Source: Phoronis australis (Eukaryota > Animalia > Phoronida). Taken from it: 64,000 nt of DNA. The notes below the pieces were generated by a model, which had not been told where the DNA came from, did not search any database, and saw only the letters and a list, made by a program, of their open reading frames with translations. Where the stretch lies: the NCBI GenBank assembly GCA_002633005.1, contig NMRA01000016.1:799874-863873 (forward strand), read 5' to 3'. Positions 11,224 to 23,918 of this stretch are shown piece by piece. A program made the translations under genes and the position numbers. The first letter of the stretch is position 1, and each line of letters begins with the position of its first letter.

Positions 11224-14200
11224 TTAAGTGTCAACAGCGATTCACATAATCGGTGTCCCTCTGGCGCGGTGATTCGTTGTATTTAACCGCCATAATTGCA
11301 ACAGCCAACCACGGCAGACAGTACATGTGCTACAATTTACTTTTATTTGATGTTTGAAAATTAGAATAATTCTAGGATATGGCAATGAATTTCGCATTTT
11401 GTATCATAAATCAAATTTATTGTAATCTACATGACTGTGTTTAAATTGTTCACATGTCTATATAAATACTACGTAACCCGACGGTAATGAAACACCAGTT
11501 AAACTTGGTGATAAAATTTATTACCTCATTTCATAAATTCAAACCTATAAATAAGTACATAGGCCTAAGCAAGTAGTAAGTTATATTCGGATGCAGTACG
11601 AACAGCAATCAAACAGTAGCCGGCACACGTGCTAGCTTCTGACTAATTAAACTATTTTACTAAATTGACAACATGTAACCAAATCGAATACTATGTACAA
11701 AGAAGACACTCTCGCTCAGACATACTCTGTAAGCCTACTTAATTCACAAGAATTTCATTTGCATGAACTTGAGAAAAAGAAACTTTTTAAAACGTCAATA
11801 AATCTGCGTTCAGTGGAATGTGTGCACTGAATATTTTTAGACCGCTTACGACTATAAGATTGGTCTCAGTTTGTTTCTTGTTCGAATGTAAAGAACTGTC
11901 AGTTCGTCGTTCCTCGAGACCATGGTTAGAGAACGATGACACGCCGTGACAAGTCGTGCTACTTGTCTCAAGCAATCATGAACTGCCGCTCCTTTCCAAA
12001 GCCAGAAACTAACACTTATTTTGATTAAGACACAATTTGAGATCGATTTCGTAACGATATGTGGTCTAAATCAAAGCTTTTTTAAACGATTAAAACAAGG
12101 TAAAAATTACATAACGATACTGTTCGACGGTAGATCATTCCAAAACTAGGACAAACAAAAAGCCAAGTCACTAAAAATCTAAATGAATTACAGAAACTAA
12201 GCTTTTGAACTTTCAAGGCACATCTTAATTTTATTATTTTCATATGTACAAAATTAATACAAATGGGAACGATGGGTGAACTTCCTAAATAAGACCTGCT
12301 GAATAAACTACTTTTATGTTTGACCTATGTACTAATGATAAAAATACGTGCGCCAAGATCGTTACCAGAAATGAAAAGACCTGACGTTGACGAAATAACG
12401 TGCTTTATTATCATGCCAAAATACAAGTACAAAGAAATTACGAATGAAAATGAAATATGATATGTAAAAAATAATAATCTCTAGGAAAAATGGTCACCAA
12501 AAAAGCAACACAGAGGTATGATGTGTCAAATGTGATGGAAGGTAGTAAGTGCATGCGTACCGTGACGTCTGCGTGAACTGACACAAAGAAATTGAACTGA
12601 AATATGTGCTCGTCAAAATAAGACCTTTTGACTGAAATAATTATAGAATTACAAAAGCTCACATTGGAATGAGAGGGAATTTGTCTAGAGAGATGTGTAA
12701 CAATTCGTGTAATTGTACTCGGTACATAGACAAATAAAAATCTAAACTGAACATATATCTATTATCGCAAGTAAGCAAGCAGTGCACGAACTTTATCGTA
12801 CTGTTCAATGTAATTATCAAAGATTCCTAAATACATTCGAAAGTACGTCTGTGAGTAAGTGCGAGTTTCGATCATGACTTCTTGGGGGGGTAGTTGTTGT
12901 TTATAGGAAATGCAATACTTTTGTAGGGTCTCTTGGACTTGTTAATCGACGTAAGTACTACTAGCGTAAAGCCGGGACATCAATAAAAATGAACATGTTG
13001 TACTTCGACGGCCTAGGATTTGCTGAAAATCCGAAAAGAATGGTGATAGAACTGGAATACAAGATTTTTTAGAAGTTTGAATCAGATCAGTTTCAAAAAG
13101 TCATCAACAGCCAGAAAGTTCGAATTCCGAGATTTTAGTAATGGTTTGCTATGAGCGTAAAACGCCACGTGATTACGTTTGGACTGTGTGGTGAATGTGT
13201 TTGGCAATGGTAATTCTTGGAATCTCCTACAAGAACTTGGATACGTGAGATTGGGTAAAAGAAATGGTTTGTATACCAGTAGAACGTGTTCTGAAAAAAA
13301 GAACTTAAGTTTTGATAAAATTGTGCATTTGCTATCGTATTATCGTTAACACTGTTTTATTAAGAACAGTAGTGGGCCTATGCAAAACGAGAAACGCGTA
13401 ATGTGATTATCGTAATTATATTTATTATTATATTGATTATCGTAATTACAAGTCAAGTAAGTGAGAGGGTTTCAAAGAGAGCACATTCTCTCGATGATTT
13501 CTTAAGGGTGTGTTTCAAGTGGCCAATATAGGCTTTCGTGTCTTATTTAAGACACGAATACATGAATACAGGATTTTGAAACTTAATATTTCTTAAACAC
13601 TAGGACCAACTCTCGTGAAAATATGCTTTGAAATTTGGAAGGATTGGCTTCCATGTAATTGAAAGTAAACAGTTAAATTGCTAGATTGCCTGGTGCATCG
13701 TTTTTTCATTTTGTGTGACCATGTGCTTTGCGAGTGCTTTTTTGATTGTATCTTGTTCTATATTAGTATGCACTTAGCTAACCCCAAATTAAGCCATTTA
13801 CTGGTTATGCGGGTTGAATTCTTTTCCCATAATTTTGCGCTTTATTGTCGTATCTTTGTTATTCCTAACCACACCATCAGTTCTGCCCTGACAAATCTCT
13901 AATGCGGTCAGTGGATCAGGTAGTCAATCGAACTGGCCTGATGATCAAGCAGACACGTGTGAGGCGATGTCGGAGGAGGTAAAACTCCAGGACGAAATCT
14001 CCAAATGTATTAAAATATCTGTTAGACTTCACTTTCTACATTCAGTGTCATTTGGCAATGAAGCTGTGGTAATCAGCTTGTTCAGCCGGAGCGGAAATGA
14101 TGGAGCGGTCACCACAAGGCCAAATAACTTCGGAACATCGACCTACTAAAAGTTACATTTCGCACCGTTTAGGTGGCTAAAACGAAAATGAAATCAGGCA

Positions 14201-16096
14201 GTCAACTCTTACAAAATCGCTCTCAAGGGCATTACTTACCGTGTTAAGATTTCAATTACCACAAGTACATCAAAATCATCAACGTACCCCCAAAAATGGT
14301 TCAGAGCTTATCGGGGTCGGGCAACCACAAAACTGCGAAGTTGAAAATGGCGCTTGTCAGCGTTGTCTGTGACTTGAGTTCGTAACGAAACGGAATTATA
14401 TCACAGTACGAAGAATAAAGGACAAATTCTACTTTCATTTAGACCAGCGAAACAGGGCAGAATGCGAACTGAAATTGCTTTCACCAATGACGCCGTTATG
14501 ACAATCTTCTAAATCTTTCGGTTGAAATGTTTGCATTTCCTTTTCACTCACTGGTTAACCGTAAAAAAACTCGGGTAAGTCTATGAATTCGGATTAAAAA
14601 AATATTTTCTATGATACTGTGTCGGTTGGAACTGAAAGATCAGCATGCGATTAAATTGAATTGGGCAAATTGTCACAAAAGTTAAAGAAAATAAAATCTT
14701 ATTATCACGATGAAGAATCATTGACCGGCTAGCTCCGGAGGCACCAAGATCTTGTTGTAGTTGCGGTTCTCGGATTTCTAAATTAAGGGAATGCAGTTAA
14801 GTTAAAAGAGACCCACATCTGCTACAGTACTGAGTAGCGTCTGATGGTCTTTCCGATATGTTTATTGCGCGCATCCAGGTGTCATTATTGGTTTATTTGA
14901 GCAGTGATAAGCGGTTCATGACCTATTGCATGTATTATGCCCTATTCATAATGGTTACATTTACATGCAAATTAAGGTACTTTAGCTGCACACGGCATTA
15001 TGAGCTGTCTCGTTTTTATCAGCCGGGAAAAGGTCAGAAACGGTACACAGGATTTTTATTTCTGTGATATAACTATCGAATTGCCATAGTTCGATCGAGC
15101 AACTGAATTTTATTATTTTATTTTATTTGTACTCTTAGCGACGTTAAGTAAAGCTGCAATTTCAACCTGTTGGGTTGGCTAACTGAAAACAAAAAATCGG
15201 TCTCACAATATTAGTTACTGTGATGGGAATAATTTTTTTACCATTATCGATTGATTTGAATTGTTTTGGAATTGAAACTAAACAACATTTTACAAGTTTT
15301 TTGCACGATTTTACGAATTTTCACAAAGTTTTTATTTTCACCAAATACGCTAAGGACGCTAGCTTTGATTTCCAATTATTGTTAGAGCATGCAATAACAA
15401 GCGACATTGAGATTTTTGTATCCAGATAGAAATTCGTGAACCATTTCGACATGTATCACATGTGAAAATTACGTTTGACGTGAATCTTAACTCAGTCTTG
15501 TTCGCCAAACTCGAGTCCAACGACTTCAAGGTTAGTACCTCATCGACGAGTCTGTGCATTCCGGCAGCCATCATGTACAAAACATTAAAACTTAACCCAA
15601 TAAGATTATATGGTCTGTGCCAAACTGGGAAGCCTGTGGAATTTGATGTTCGACTGCATACTAATCAGCAATTAATTGGGTCTTGTGACCATAAAAGAAA
15701 GGTACAATCATAGCAAAACAACAGCCGTCAACTGAATGACCAAATTCCGTTTGATATAAATATTCAAGATGGAATCTCAAAAACGCTACAGTTGTTATCA
15801 ATTCTATTTTGTCAATTGCCCACATCTTGCGAAAGTGGATGAATTTGAAGAGTTTTGTGACAGTGCAAAAGGACAAACGTGCCTTAAGTTCATTTAAAGC
15901 CGACCTATCTGTTATTAACTAACCGATGATATTCAGAATGTTTGACATTTTTCTAGTATAGTACATAACCGTAAAGTAGCTATTTAAACGCGCCTTCTTT
16001 CAAGAAAGACTTCTTATTTAAGGAGCTTATTGTTCTAAACCTAGCTCTAGTTGTACACTTCATAGACTAGAGGGGATCACTGGGATTGGAAAGAGT

Positions 16097-16382
16097 ATCT
16101 TATGGGCCGTGGAAAGGGAAAAAAGTTATTAGAAAAATCAAACTTAATTCGTAAAAATCAACCTTGCTTGGAAAACCGATCCTAATTCGTAAAAATGAAA
16201 CCTAATTCGTAAAAATCAATCGTGTTTGAAAAATCAAACGTAACTCTTAAAATCAAATCTGTTTAGAAGATCAAAACTGTCAGCGGAAACGGGAACTAGC
16301 TAAATGCGCGGAAAGGGCAAAATTACGAATTAGGTATGATTTTCTATTAACCATATTTTGCCCATTCCGCAGCCTACAATAT
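16097..16382. mobile_element. MITE with imperfect TIRs and internal ~20-bp tandem units (CTAATTCGTAAAAATCAA)
   Basis: Left end ATGGGCCGTGGAAAGGG..AGAAAAATCAAACTTAATTCGTAA and right end TTACGAATTAGGTATGATTTTCTA..CCCATTCCGCAGCCTA are inverted; degenerate units repeat between 16130 and 16270. Confidence 0.55.
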
Positions 16383-16836
16383 CTCGTTTGAAACTGACCG
16401 AGCTCAGCGTGTCTCGGCAGGTCATTCACTGCGACGAGTGTCAACCACTATCGCACTTAACTGTAGCCCTTGCTTTGCCTAGAAATCAGTCCTCAACTGG
16501 GCGAGGAACAACTTGATGGCAATTTTATAGCCGTAAGTAGTCTAAATGAAATGTCAATTTCTTTGGCGGCTGAAGGTAATGGATTTATAGACGCATTACA
16601 TGTACATGAGCGCACCCAGCCTAAAAAATGGGGGCGGGGCTCGAGAATGTCGACCTTTTACCAAGATTCGCGGAGTACGTTTATAGAGCTATGAATTGTG
16701 CATTCGCCAAATTTTGGTAGTCCTTGCCTTTTTAGTGAACTAGTGTCTCGTTTTCTACTTTTTTCGGAGTTTTTGTTTCTCTGAGGCGGACTCTTCTGCC
16801 CACTTTGCCAAATGAGGAGGGGGGGGGGGGGGGTTT

Positions 16837-16850
16837 NNNNNNNNNNNNNN
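16837..16850. other. Assembly gap (14 N) flanked by poly-G
   Basis: Run of N between G homopolymers. Confidence 0.99.
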
Positions 16851-18787
16851 GGGGGGGCTTTCGAGTCCCCCGCCGGCCGAGTCTCCCGGGTGTGTGCATG
16901 CTTTAATAGGTGATATATATTGAATCTATAAGAAGACTGCTGCATAGCTTTTGCATGAAATGAGAAGTGCTGACAGATGACACGCATCATTGCACCGAGG
17001 ACATAGCCACTGGCCGGTTCAAGTGGCATGAGGACCCCAATTTTAGCTCGAATAGGCATTTGTTCAAGATTTTCTTGAAATGAAATAGGAAACTACGAGA
17101 TGTGGCATTCCGGAGGTGATATTTACATAGAGGATAGGCCGGCAAATATATTTGTCATCTAATCAAAAAACTTAGTTTTTGTAGCATTCACCCTCGTTGG
17201 TATCCATAACGACTCTTGTGAAATCAACAATCACAGGTAAATGTTTTCAAAATAACTAGATTGTAATTTACCAATCAAGTTGAAATACTCAGCTCTCAAA
17301 ATTCAGATTAAATACCCTCCTTAAAGAGTCAATACCTTCGTACCCGTAGTCGGAATATAGACCATTTATTGCTATATGAAAGTGGCCTCAAGAGTTTTGT
17401 TACTAAGATGATTGATATGTAATTTTTGATCTTGTAAAGTTCTGACAAGTCAGCCATCATTCCTTGAGACCTTGCTCGGCGAAGAACATGACCCGCCGTC
17501 ACAAGTCACCAGTCGTAGAGCTCGGCCCAAGTTTTTTTCGCAGGCAAATACGAACGTCTGGTCCTTTCCTATCCCAGAAGTCTCATTACCACTATTTTGG
17601 CTAAAGGAACATTTTGAGACCAAACTCATAACAGCAAAATAAATACTGTATGAATTTTGATTTCAAGTCCATCACCGACGGAGCGCGCGCGTGAATTGAT
17701 TGCTTTGCAATAGGCTCGAAGCCTGCAGAAATCAATAATTGTTAATAACTTATTATACGCTATCGATGTAATCAGTACTATACAGTAAACAGACTCTAAC
17801 TCTATTCTGAGTATTTTACACGGTTAAAAACTATTGTTTACAAACTGTTTGCTCTGTCAGTTTTCAAATTGACGGAACAGGTTAGCTTGAACATTTTCAC
17901 CGAACCTCGATTTAAAATCTTTCAGATTTGCGACTGTTTATATTCCAATTATTCACGTTTGAGACTATTGGCGATTTTTGCACCACGGGCAATGTCAGTA
18001 CTCAGCCAACAGCATATTGTTCAAAACGATATCTCAGAAACCATAATTGAATATGGCCAAAAAGCGAACCCAATGAAAGATATTAGTCACGGTCAGATGT
18101 AGTACCGGACTAAACGCCAGAAAACCATAGAAAGTGATTGGAAGAACACAATTACATTTGAAGGCTTTTGAAATTCGTTCGCCACCTGATGCCGGGTACA
18201 TCTGCAAAGTCGCGTTGATGTCGTCAAAAATTTTTAACCAAATTGAAATTCAATTGAGAGAAATTTCAAAAATCAACGCGTCACAACAGTATTTGTCGAG
18301 TATGCGCGCCTGGTATCGCCTGCTGGTCTTTGTTAAACTTGAGGCGATGTCACTGTTCCCTGGAATGTAACTCTATTTCAGATGAGGTTTTGTCTCCGAC
18401 ATTGAAACGCCAGCCTATGTTCGCTAGTTTATATCAAACCCGTCCAGATCCTCAACCGTTTTACAACAGGTTCGCGAACAGCACAAAGACGACTCAAATC
18501 CGGTATTCTATCACATCAAAGTGCACAAGCCGCTGAACCATTAATTCCGTTTGACCTGTTATCGTACCTGTGACACGTGACTAAATATCACACGGCAAAA
18601 GGTAAACTGAACGGAAGGCGAGTCATTGTGGTTTACACCAGTCTTCGTGTACGACGACGGGAGTAGATGTATGTAGATAAACATTCTTGAGAGGTTTATT
18701 GTACAATACAGCCTTGTGCTAGCCGTGCTGTATGTTCAAGTTTGTATGTTGCAACAGTTTCGGTATGTGCAGTGGACCAAATATCAC

Positions 18788-18818
18788 ATTGGCCTGATGA
18801 TAAACAAGGGTATAAATA
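18788..18818 (+). promoter_or_regulatory. Candidate core promoter of the FAM43-like gene (reverse CCAAT plus TATA box)
   Basis: ATTGG at 18788-18792 and TATAAATA at 18811-18818, about 250 bp upstream of the ATG. Confidence 0.4.
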
Positions 18819-19062
18819 ACAGGCCCTACCTGTAAAAGGGCGAGTGGTCTCGTTCGGGGTCAAATGCGACGTTTATTCCTTTCACATCGATATAATTTCT
18901 GTGTTTCTGGACGGGATGGAATAGCGATGCCTGATGCGATATTCATCATACGTGGACGCATTCAAGGGTAGGATATAATATCGCGGCGACAAATATTGAT
19001 TTACATGTAGGTTACGGAGCTTAGGTAGGCGGCACTCTGTCAGGCGAACATTCCACACCGAG

Positions 19063-20754
19063 ATGAGCCTGTTTAGGAGGAAAAAGTCGCTGACAATCAA
19101 CAAGAAAGAGACGACTCACCGCGTGCGATACTTAGGGAATGTGCAGACGACAATGATGAAGGGAGACGGGTGTGTAGACCGTCCGACGGCTGCTTTGTGG
19201 AACAATTATATCAAGACGTCAAACCCCGGATTAGAAATGAAGCTCAATGTTGTTAACTCTGGTCTCAAGGTGAATACAAAGCAACAGGGTGTTACCGAGT
19301 ACTGGGCTAATCGGATAACGTATTGTATAGCGCACCCCAAGTATCCAAAGTTGTTTGTATGGGTGTACCGCCACGAGGGTAAAAAACTGAAGTCGGAAAT
19401 CCGGTGTCATGCGGCTCTCTGTCACAGCGAGAAAAGAGCTCACCAAATAGCCGAGCTACTACAGGAGCGGATTAGCGTGGCATTGCAAGAGTTTTTACGT
19501 GAGAAAACGCGAAGACAAAATTCAAGGATTACGTTAGAAAAAACTAGCTCGTGGAGTTCTAGTACAAACAGCCAGCCGTTGAGGAAGAAACTGTTGAGTC
19601 CCGCCTCTTATTTCAAACCTCCCGTGGAGAGATCCAGCAGTGCCCCCAAACTGTGTAATATTACCGAGACGGACGAAGGCCGGTTTGACAGTGTAGAAAG
19701 TTTAGGTGCACATTTACAATATTATGGTGCTAACATGGATGCCTTGATAGAAGAAGACGAGAGCACGGGTAGTGACCTTGACTCGCCCTTTTCCAGTTCA
19801 CCCGATCATAAGGGGTCCCAAGGGCGTAGTGACACAGACGATTTGGTTACTTTGACCGACCGTTTGGATACGAACGGGGATACGCAGTTCGATCACCTTC
19901 CGGGTGGCGAAGAGGACGAGGTGTTAAAAGTTGAGTTGGTAGTCATGGGGGAGGATCCCGGGCAGGCACCGACTGTGGACTATTCGGAGAATCACGTGGA
20001 GCAAGCTGCGCCGGACGAATCCAGTGTGGAAAATGTTTTTTTCGAAAATGATACGACGGACAAAAGCGCAGTCCATGCTAGTGACCTTTCTACGATAAAG
20101 GAGCAGTCTTCACCTGGTACGAATGAGGGTGACAGCAGCCCGTGTGGAACGGCAGCGCTCCGAAGCGTGGAACCAGTGTGGAATAACAACGATAACGAAA
20201 CTCGCGAAGAAGTCAAGAGTAGAGAACTTCCGAAAGATAAGGAGGTGGTCATTATANATCATAAGGGGTCCCAAGGGCGTAGTGACACAGACGATTTGGT
20301 TACTTTGACCGACCGTTTGGATACGAACGGGGATACGCAGTTTGATCACCTTCCGGGTGGCGAAGAGGACGAGGTGTTAAAAGTTGAGTTGGTAGTCATG
20401 GGGGAGGATCCCGGGCAGGCACCGACTGTGGACTATTCGGAGAATCACGTGGAGCAAGCTGTGCCGGACGAATCCAGTGTGGAAAATGTTTTTTTCGAAA
20501 ATGATACGACGGACAATGGCGCAGTCCATGCTAGTGACCTTTCTACGATAAAGGAGCAGTCTTCACCTGGTACGAATGAGGGTGACAGCAGCCCGTGTGG
20601 AACGGCAGCGCTCCGAAGCGTGGAACCAGTGTGGAATAACAACGATAACGAAACTCGCGAAGAAGTCAAGAGTAGAGAACTTCCGAAAGATAAGGAGGTG
20701 GTCATTATAAACAATACTGTCAGCTCAAACGGAACGAGTCACGTGGTTCGGTAA
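19063..20754 (+). CDS. FAM43A: FAM43-family protein (PTB/PID-like domain plus acidic disordered tail), intronless; true length probably about 412 aa after collapsing an artefactual duplication
   Basis: N-terminus RKKSLTI..VRYLGNVQT..KGDGCVD..LW..RITYCIAHPKYPKLFVWVYRHEGKKLKSEIRCHAALC..ALQEFLREKTRRQNSR and the YFKPPVERSSSAPKL block are typical of FAM43A/B and invertebrate orthologues. A single invertebrate gene would be co-orthologous to both. Confidence 0.9.
   Translation: MSLFRRKKSLTINKKETTHRVRYLGNVQTTMMKGDGCVDRPTAALWNNYIKTSNPGLEMKLNVVNSGLKVNTKQQGVTEYWANRITYCIAHPKYPKLFVWVYRHEGKKLKSEIRCHAALCHSEKRAHQIAELLQERISVALQEFLREKTRRQNSRITLEKTSSWSSSTNSQPLRKKLLSPASYFKPPVERSSSAPKLCNITETDEGRFDSVESLGAHLQYYGANMDALIEEDESTGSDLDSPFSSSPDHKGSQGRSDTDDLVTLTDRLDTNGDTQFDHLPGGEEDEVLKVELVVMGEDPGQAPTVDYSENHVEQAAPDESSVENVFFENDTTDKSAVHASDLSTIKEQSSPGTNEGDSSPCGTAALRSVEPVWNNNDNETREEVKSRELPKDKEVVIIXHKGSQGRSDTDDLVTLTDRLDTNGDTQFDHLPGGEEDEVLKVELVVMGEDPGQAPTVDYSENHVEQAVPDESSVENVFFENDTTDNGAVHASDLSTIKEQSSPGTNEGDSSPCGTAALRSVEPVWNNNDNETREEVKSRELPKDKEVVIINNTVSSNGTSHVVR
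19805..20709. repeat. 452-bp direct duplication around a single N (20257); probable uncollapsed haplotype overlap
   Basis: 19805-20256 and 20258-20709 are nearly identical (TTC/TTT, GCG/GTG, AAAAGC/AATGGC) and abut exactly at one N. Confidence 0.9.
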
Positions 20755-21392
20755 CACTTTCACCTAAATTTTGCTTCTACCCATTCAAATGTTTCTGTCA
20801 TTTCGCAAACTTTAGTAAAATTTACCGACAATGACCCACAGTAGGTTTCAGATATGGGTCACTTGCAGTTTCGCAATAATGCCCACCTATGGTTTAACAA
20901 CAATTATGCAAACGAATCGTTGGACCCTCGGTCTGCAGTGTATGTAGACATTTCAATCTATGAAAATTATTTACAATCATACGACGATAAATCAAGCTAT
21001 TAAACTTATGACTATTATATCTAATACATTTTGTAGCATGTCGTTGCTAAGGGATATAAGTGCCCTGGTTTCCCGTGCAATTATGCTTTAAAGTCCCATA
21101 AATTGTTATTGGCTATTGATACAATATATAGATATAATTATACGAGTGGTTGCCTCCATTTCCAATGAATGCGTGTAGCCAAATACAAAATGGTTCTGTA
21201 CGTGATCTATCTGTAGTCTCAGTTTGCCTCCGCATAGTTCTGGGAAGCCTGCATTTGTTTTTCACGTTCAGTTTTGATAGTCTATATATTCATTTATAAG
21301 CTAGCAATACCCAGAACAAATCTGATTGTGCCTGGCTGTCGTTCAGTTAGTTAAAAATGAATTGTTCTTATTTCGGTTTTGCTTGGTCGATA

Positions 21393-21398
21393 AATAAA
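21393..21398 (+). terminator. Candidate poly(A) signal of the FAM43-like gene
   Basis: AATAAA about 640 nt after the stop, following a U-rich UTR-like tract; a second AATAAA lies near 21454. Confidence 0.45.
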
Positions 21399-21730
21399 CA
21401 TTCCTTTGATAACACCCTGTATGTACTTCTGACAAAAATATGACAGGTCCAGAAATAAACAGTACTGCTTGGTTAATGTTCAGTTTTGCCAATTGACGAT
21501 GAGGCTAATTAGTAAATTACAGAAGGGAGCTTCAGAAATGAGTGTTGCTCAATGTTTTCATATTTGAATTATTTTCATTGGCGATGGCTGCATCCCTGTC
21601 ATAGTTTTAGATATGGCGCAGACGTAGAGCTACGCGCGCAGTCAAGCTAAGAGCACAGCTCGATGGCGGTTACGCACAAACGAAAGAAAGTAATCGGTGA
21701 AAAACGTCAGTTAGAAGTGGTTCATTTGCG

Positions 21731-21945
21731 TGTCAAGTTGCTTTGCGTTTTGGCGTGAGCAAGGCGTTGGTGTCAAGTTGCTTTGCGTTTTGGCGTGAGC
21801 AAGGCGTTGGTGTCTTGGCACTTGAGTCAGCTGACTGAGCATGAAGCTAATTCTCGTCTGCTCTGTACCTTACGCGTCCTGGCACTTGAGTCAGCTGACT
21901 GCAGAGCATGTACAAGCTTCTCGTCTGCACCGTGCCTTACGAAGC
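21731..21945. repeat. Two adjacent short tandem duplications (40 bp x2; about 64 bp x2)
   Basis: TGTCAAGTTGCTTTGCGTTTTGGCGTGAGCAAGGCGTTGG twice; TGGCACTTGAGTCAGCTGACTG...TTCTCGTCTGC...CCTTACG twice. Confidence 0.85.
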
Positions 21946-23918
21946 TCACTCTGTACTAGTCTCCGACGCTTTATTTATCGTTGAACCTGGTGTTAGTGTC
22001 TATAGAACTTTCCGTCAAAGAAACTTTTGATTTAGACCAGTTACCGTTTCTTGATTTCAACTTGTTCCTAAACTGAGACGAGAAGTGGTTTCCGGACTTG
22101 GAATGAAGCAACACTTTGCAATTGCTCGAGACAATGCTGGGCTTATATTGACCCGCCGTGACAAACAACCCTGTTAAGCCTCGTCTTTTATTAACGCACA
22201 GTGTGTCAGTTTCATTTACGACCCAGAAATAGCTTGTAATTTGACAAAGGAACAATTTGCGACCAATATCACAGGTTTAAGTGGTCTAAATCAAAAGTTT
22301 GTTCTTGTGACGTAAGGCGTGTTTATAACAGCTTTCCAGGACATCCACTGGTATTCTTTGTCAGCGAGTAGCGCTTGCATGTTGTTACAAACTTCATTTA
22401 TTAATAGTTTCTGTTCGATTTCCAACGCAGGCATCTTTTTCTATGGTGTTGGATTGTAAATCAATTTTGCTTTACCAATTGAAAACGAACGTTGAGATTA
22501 TTTACAACATCATACAATTTGTTATTACTCATGTTAAATAAATATTTGAACAGTTTCTCGTTTGAGGTAATGAGAATCCACTAATGAAACCAGGTTCGTA
22601 AACTTACCAAACTATTAGTCTGTTTTTGGCCTATAACTGCGTGGGCGCAAGAATTGGAAATTTCTTTGATGATGGAGGCGTCTTTGTCGGGATTTGATTG
22701 ATAAATCATTGATGATTTATTTTATGTTAACAATAATTTCATTTCAAACCTGCATCTCCATCCTTCTTCCAACGAAATAATGGAGCTGATTGAAGCGATT
22801 ATCAACACTCATATCGTCCAAGAAGCAAACTTTTGATNAGCAAGGCGTTGGTGTCAAGTTGCTTTGCGTTTTGGCGTGAGCAAGGCGTTGGTGTCTTGGC
22901 ACTTGAGTCAGCTGACTGAGCATGAAGCTAATTCTCGTCTGCTCTGTACCTTACGCGTCCTGGCACTTGAGTCAGCTGACTGCAGAGCATGTACAAGCTT
23001 CTCGTCTGCACCGTGCCTTACGAAGCTCACTCTGTACTAGTCTCCGACGCTTTATTTATCGTTGAACCTGGTGTTAGTGTCTATAGAACTTTCCGTCAAA
23101 GAAACTTTTGATTTAGACCAGTTACCGTTTCTTGATTTCAACTTGTTCCTAAACTTAGACGAGAAGTGGTTTCCGGACTTGGAAAGAAGCAACACTTTGC
23201 AATTGCTCGAGACAATGCTGGGCTTATATTGACCCGCCGTGACAAACAACCCTGTTAAGCCTCGTCTTTTATTAACGCACAGTGTGTCTGTTTCATTTAC
23301 GACCCAAAAATAGCTTGTAATTTGACAAAGGAACAATTTGCGACCAATATCACAGCTTTAAGTGGTCTAAATCAAAAGTTTGTTCTTGTGACGTAAGGCG
23401 TGTTTATAACAGCTTTCCAGGACATCCACTGGTATTCTTTGTCAGCGAGTAGCGCTTGCATGTTGTTACAAACTTCATTTATTAATAGTTTCTGTTCGAT
23501 TTTCAACGCAGGCATCTTTTTCTATGGTGTTGGATTGTAAATCAATTTTGCTTTACCAATTGAAAACGAACGTTGAGATTATTTACAACATCATACAATT
23601 TGTTATTACTCATGTTAAATAAATATTTGAACAGTTTCTAGTTTGAGGTAATGAGAATCCACTAATGAAACCAGGTTCGTAAACTTACCAAACGATTAGT
23701 CTGTTTTTGGCCTATAACTGCGTGGGCGCAAGAATTGGAAATTTCTTTGATGATGGAGGCGTCTTTGTCGGGATTTGATTGATAAATCATTGATGATTTA
23801 TTTTATGTTAACAATAATTTCATTTCAAACCGGCATCTCCATCCTTCTTCCAACGAAATAATGGAGCTGATTGAAGCGATTATCAACACTCATATCGTCC
23901 AAGAAGCAAACTTTTGAT
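21758..23918. repeat. 1080-bp direct duplication around a single N (22838); probable uncollapsed haplotype overlap
   Basis: 21758-22837 matches 22839-23918 with only scattered SNPs. The duplicated 94-aa ORFs are offset by exactly 1081. Confidence 0.92.
22021..22300. mobile_element. MITE-like element with a perfect 19-bp inverted repeat (repeated at 23102-23381; related fragment at about 11940-12085)
   Basis: AAACTTTTGATTTAGACCA ... TGGTCTAAATCAAAAGTTT. Confidence 0.6.

Noticed and set aside
11300-18700. Numerous 60-130 aa ORFs in the RSRC1-FAM43 interval
   Set aside because: No recognisable domains or consistent exon chains; lengths are as expected by chance or from repeat remnants.
21731-21813. 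40-bp direct repeats resembling a CRISPR array
   Set aside because: The repeats abut with no spacers, there are only two copies, the context is eukaryotic and no cas genes are present. The same applies to 49549-49695 and 3880-3959.
21971-23336. Two near-identical 94-aa ORFs suggesting a tandem gene pair
   Set aside because: They lie in the 1080-bp duplication around a single N, overlap a MITE, start at a non-ATG codon and show no protein features.
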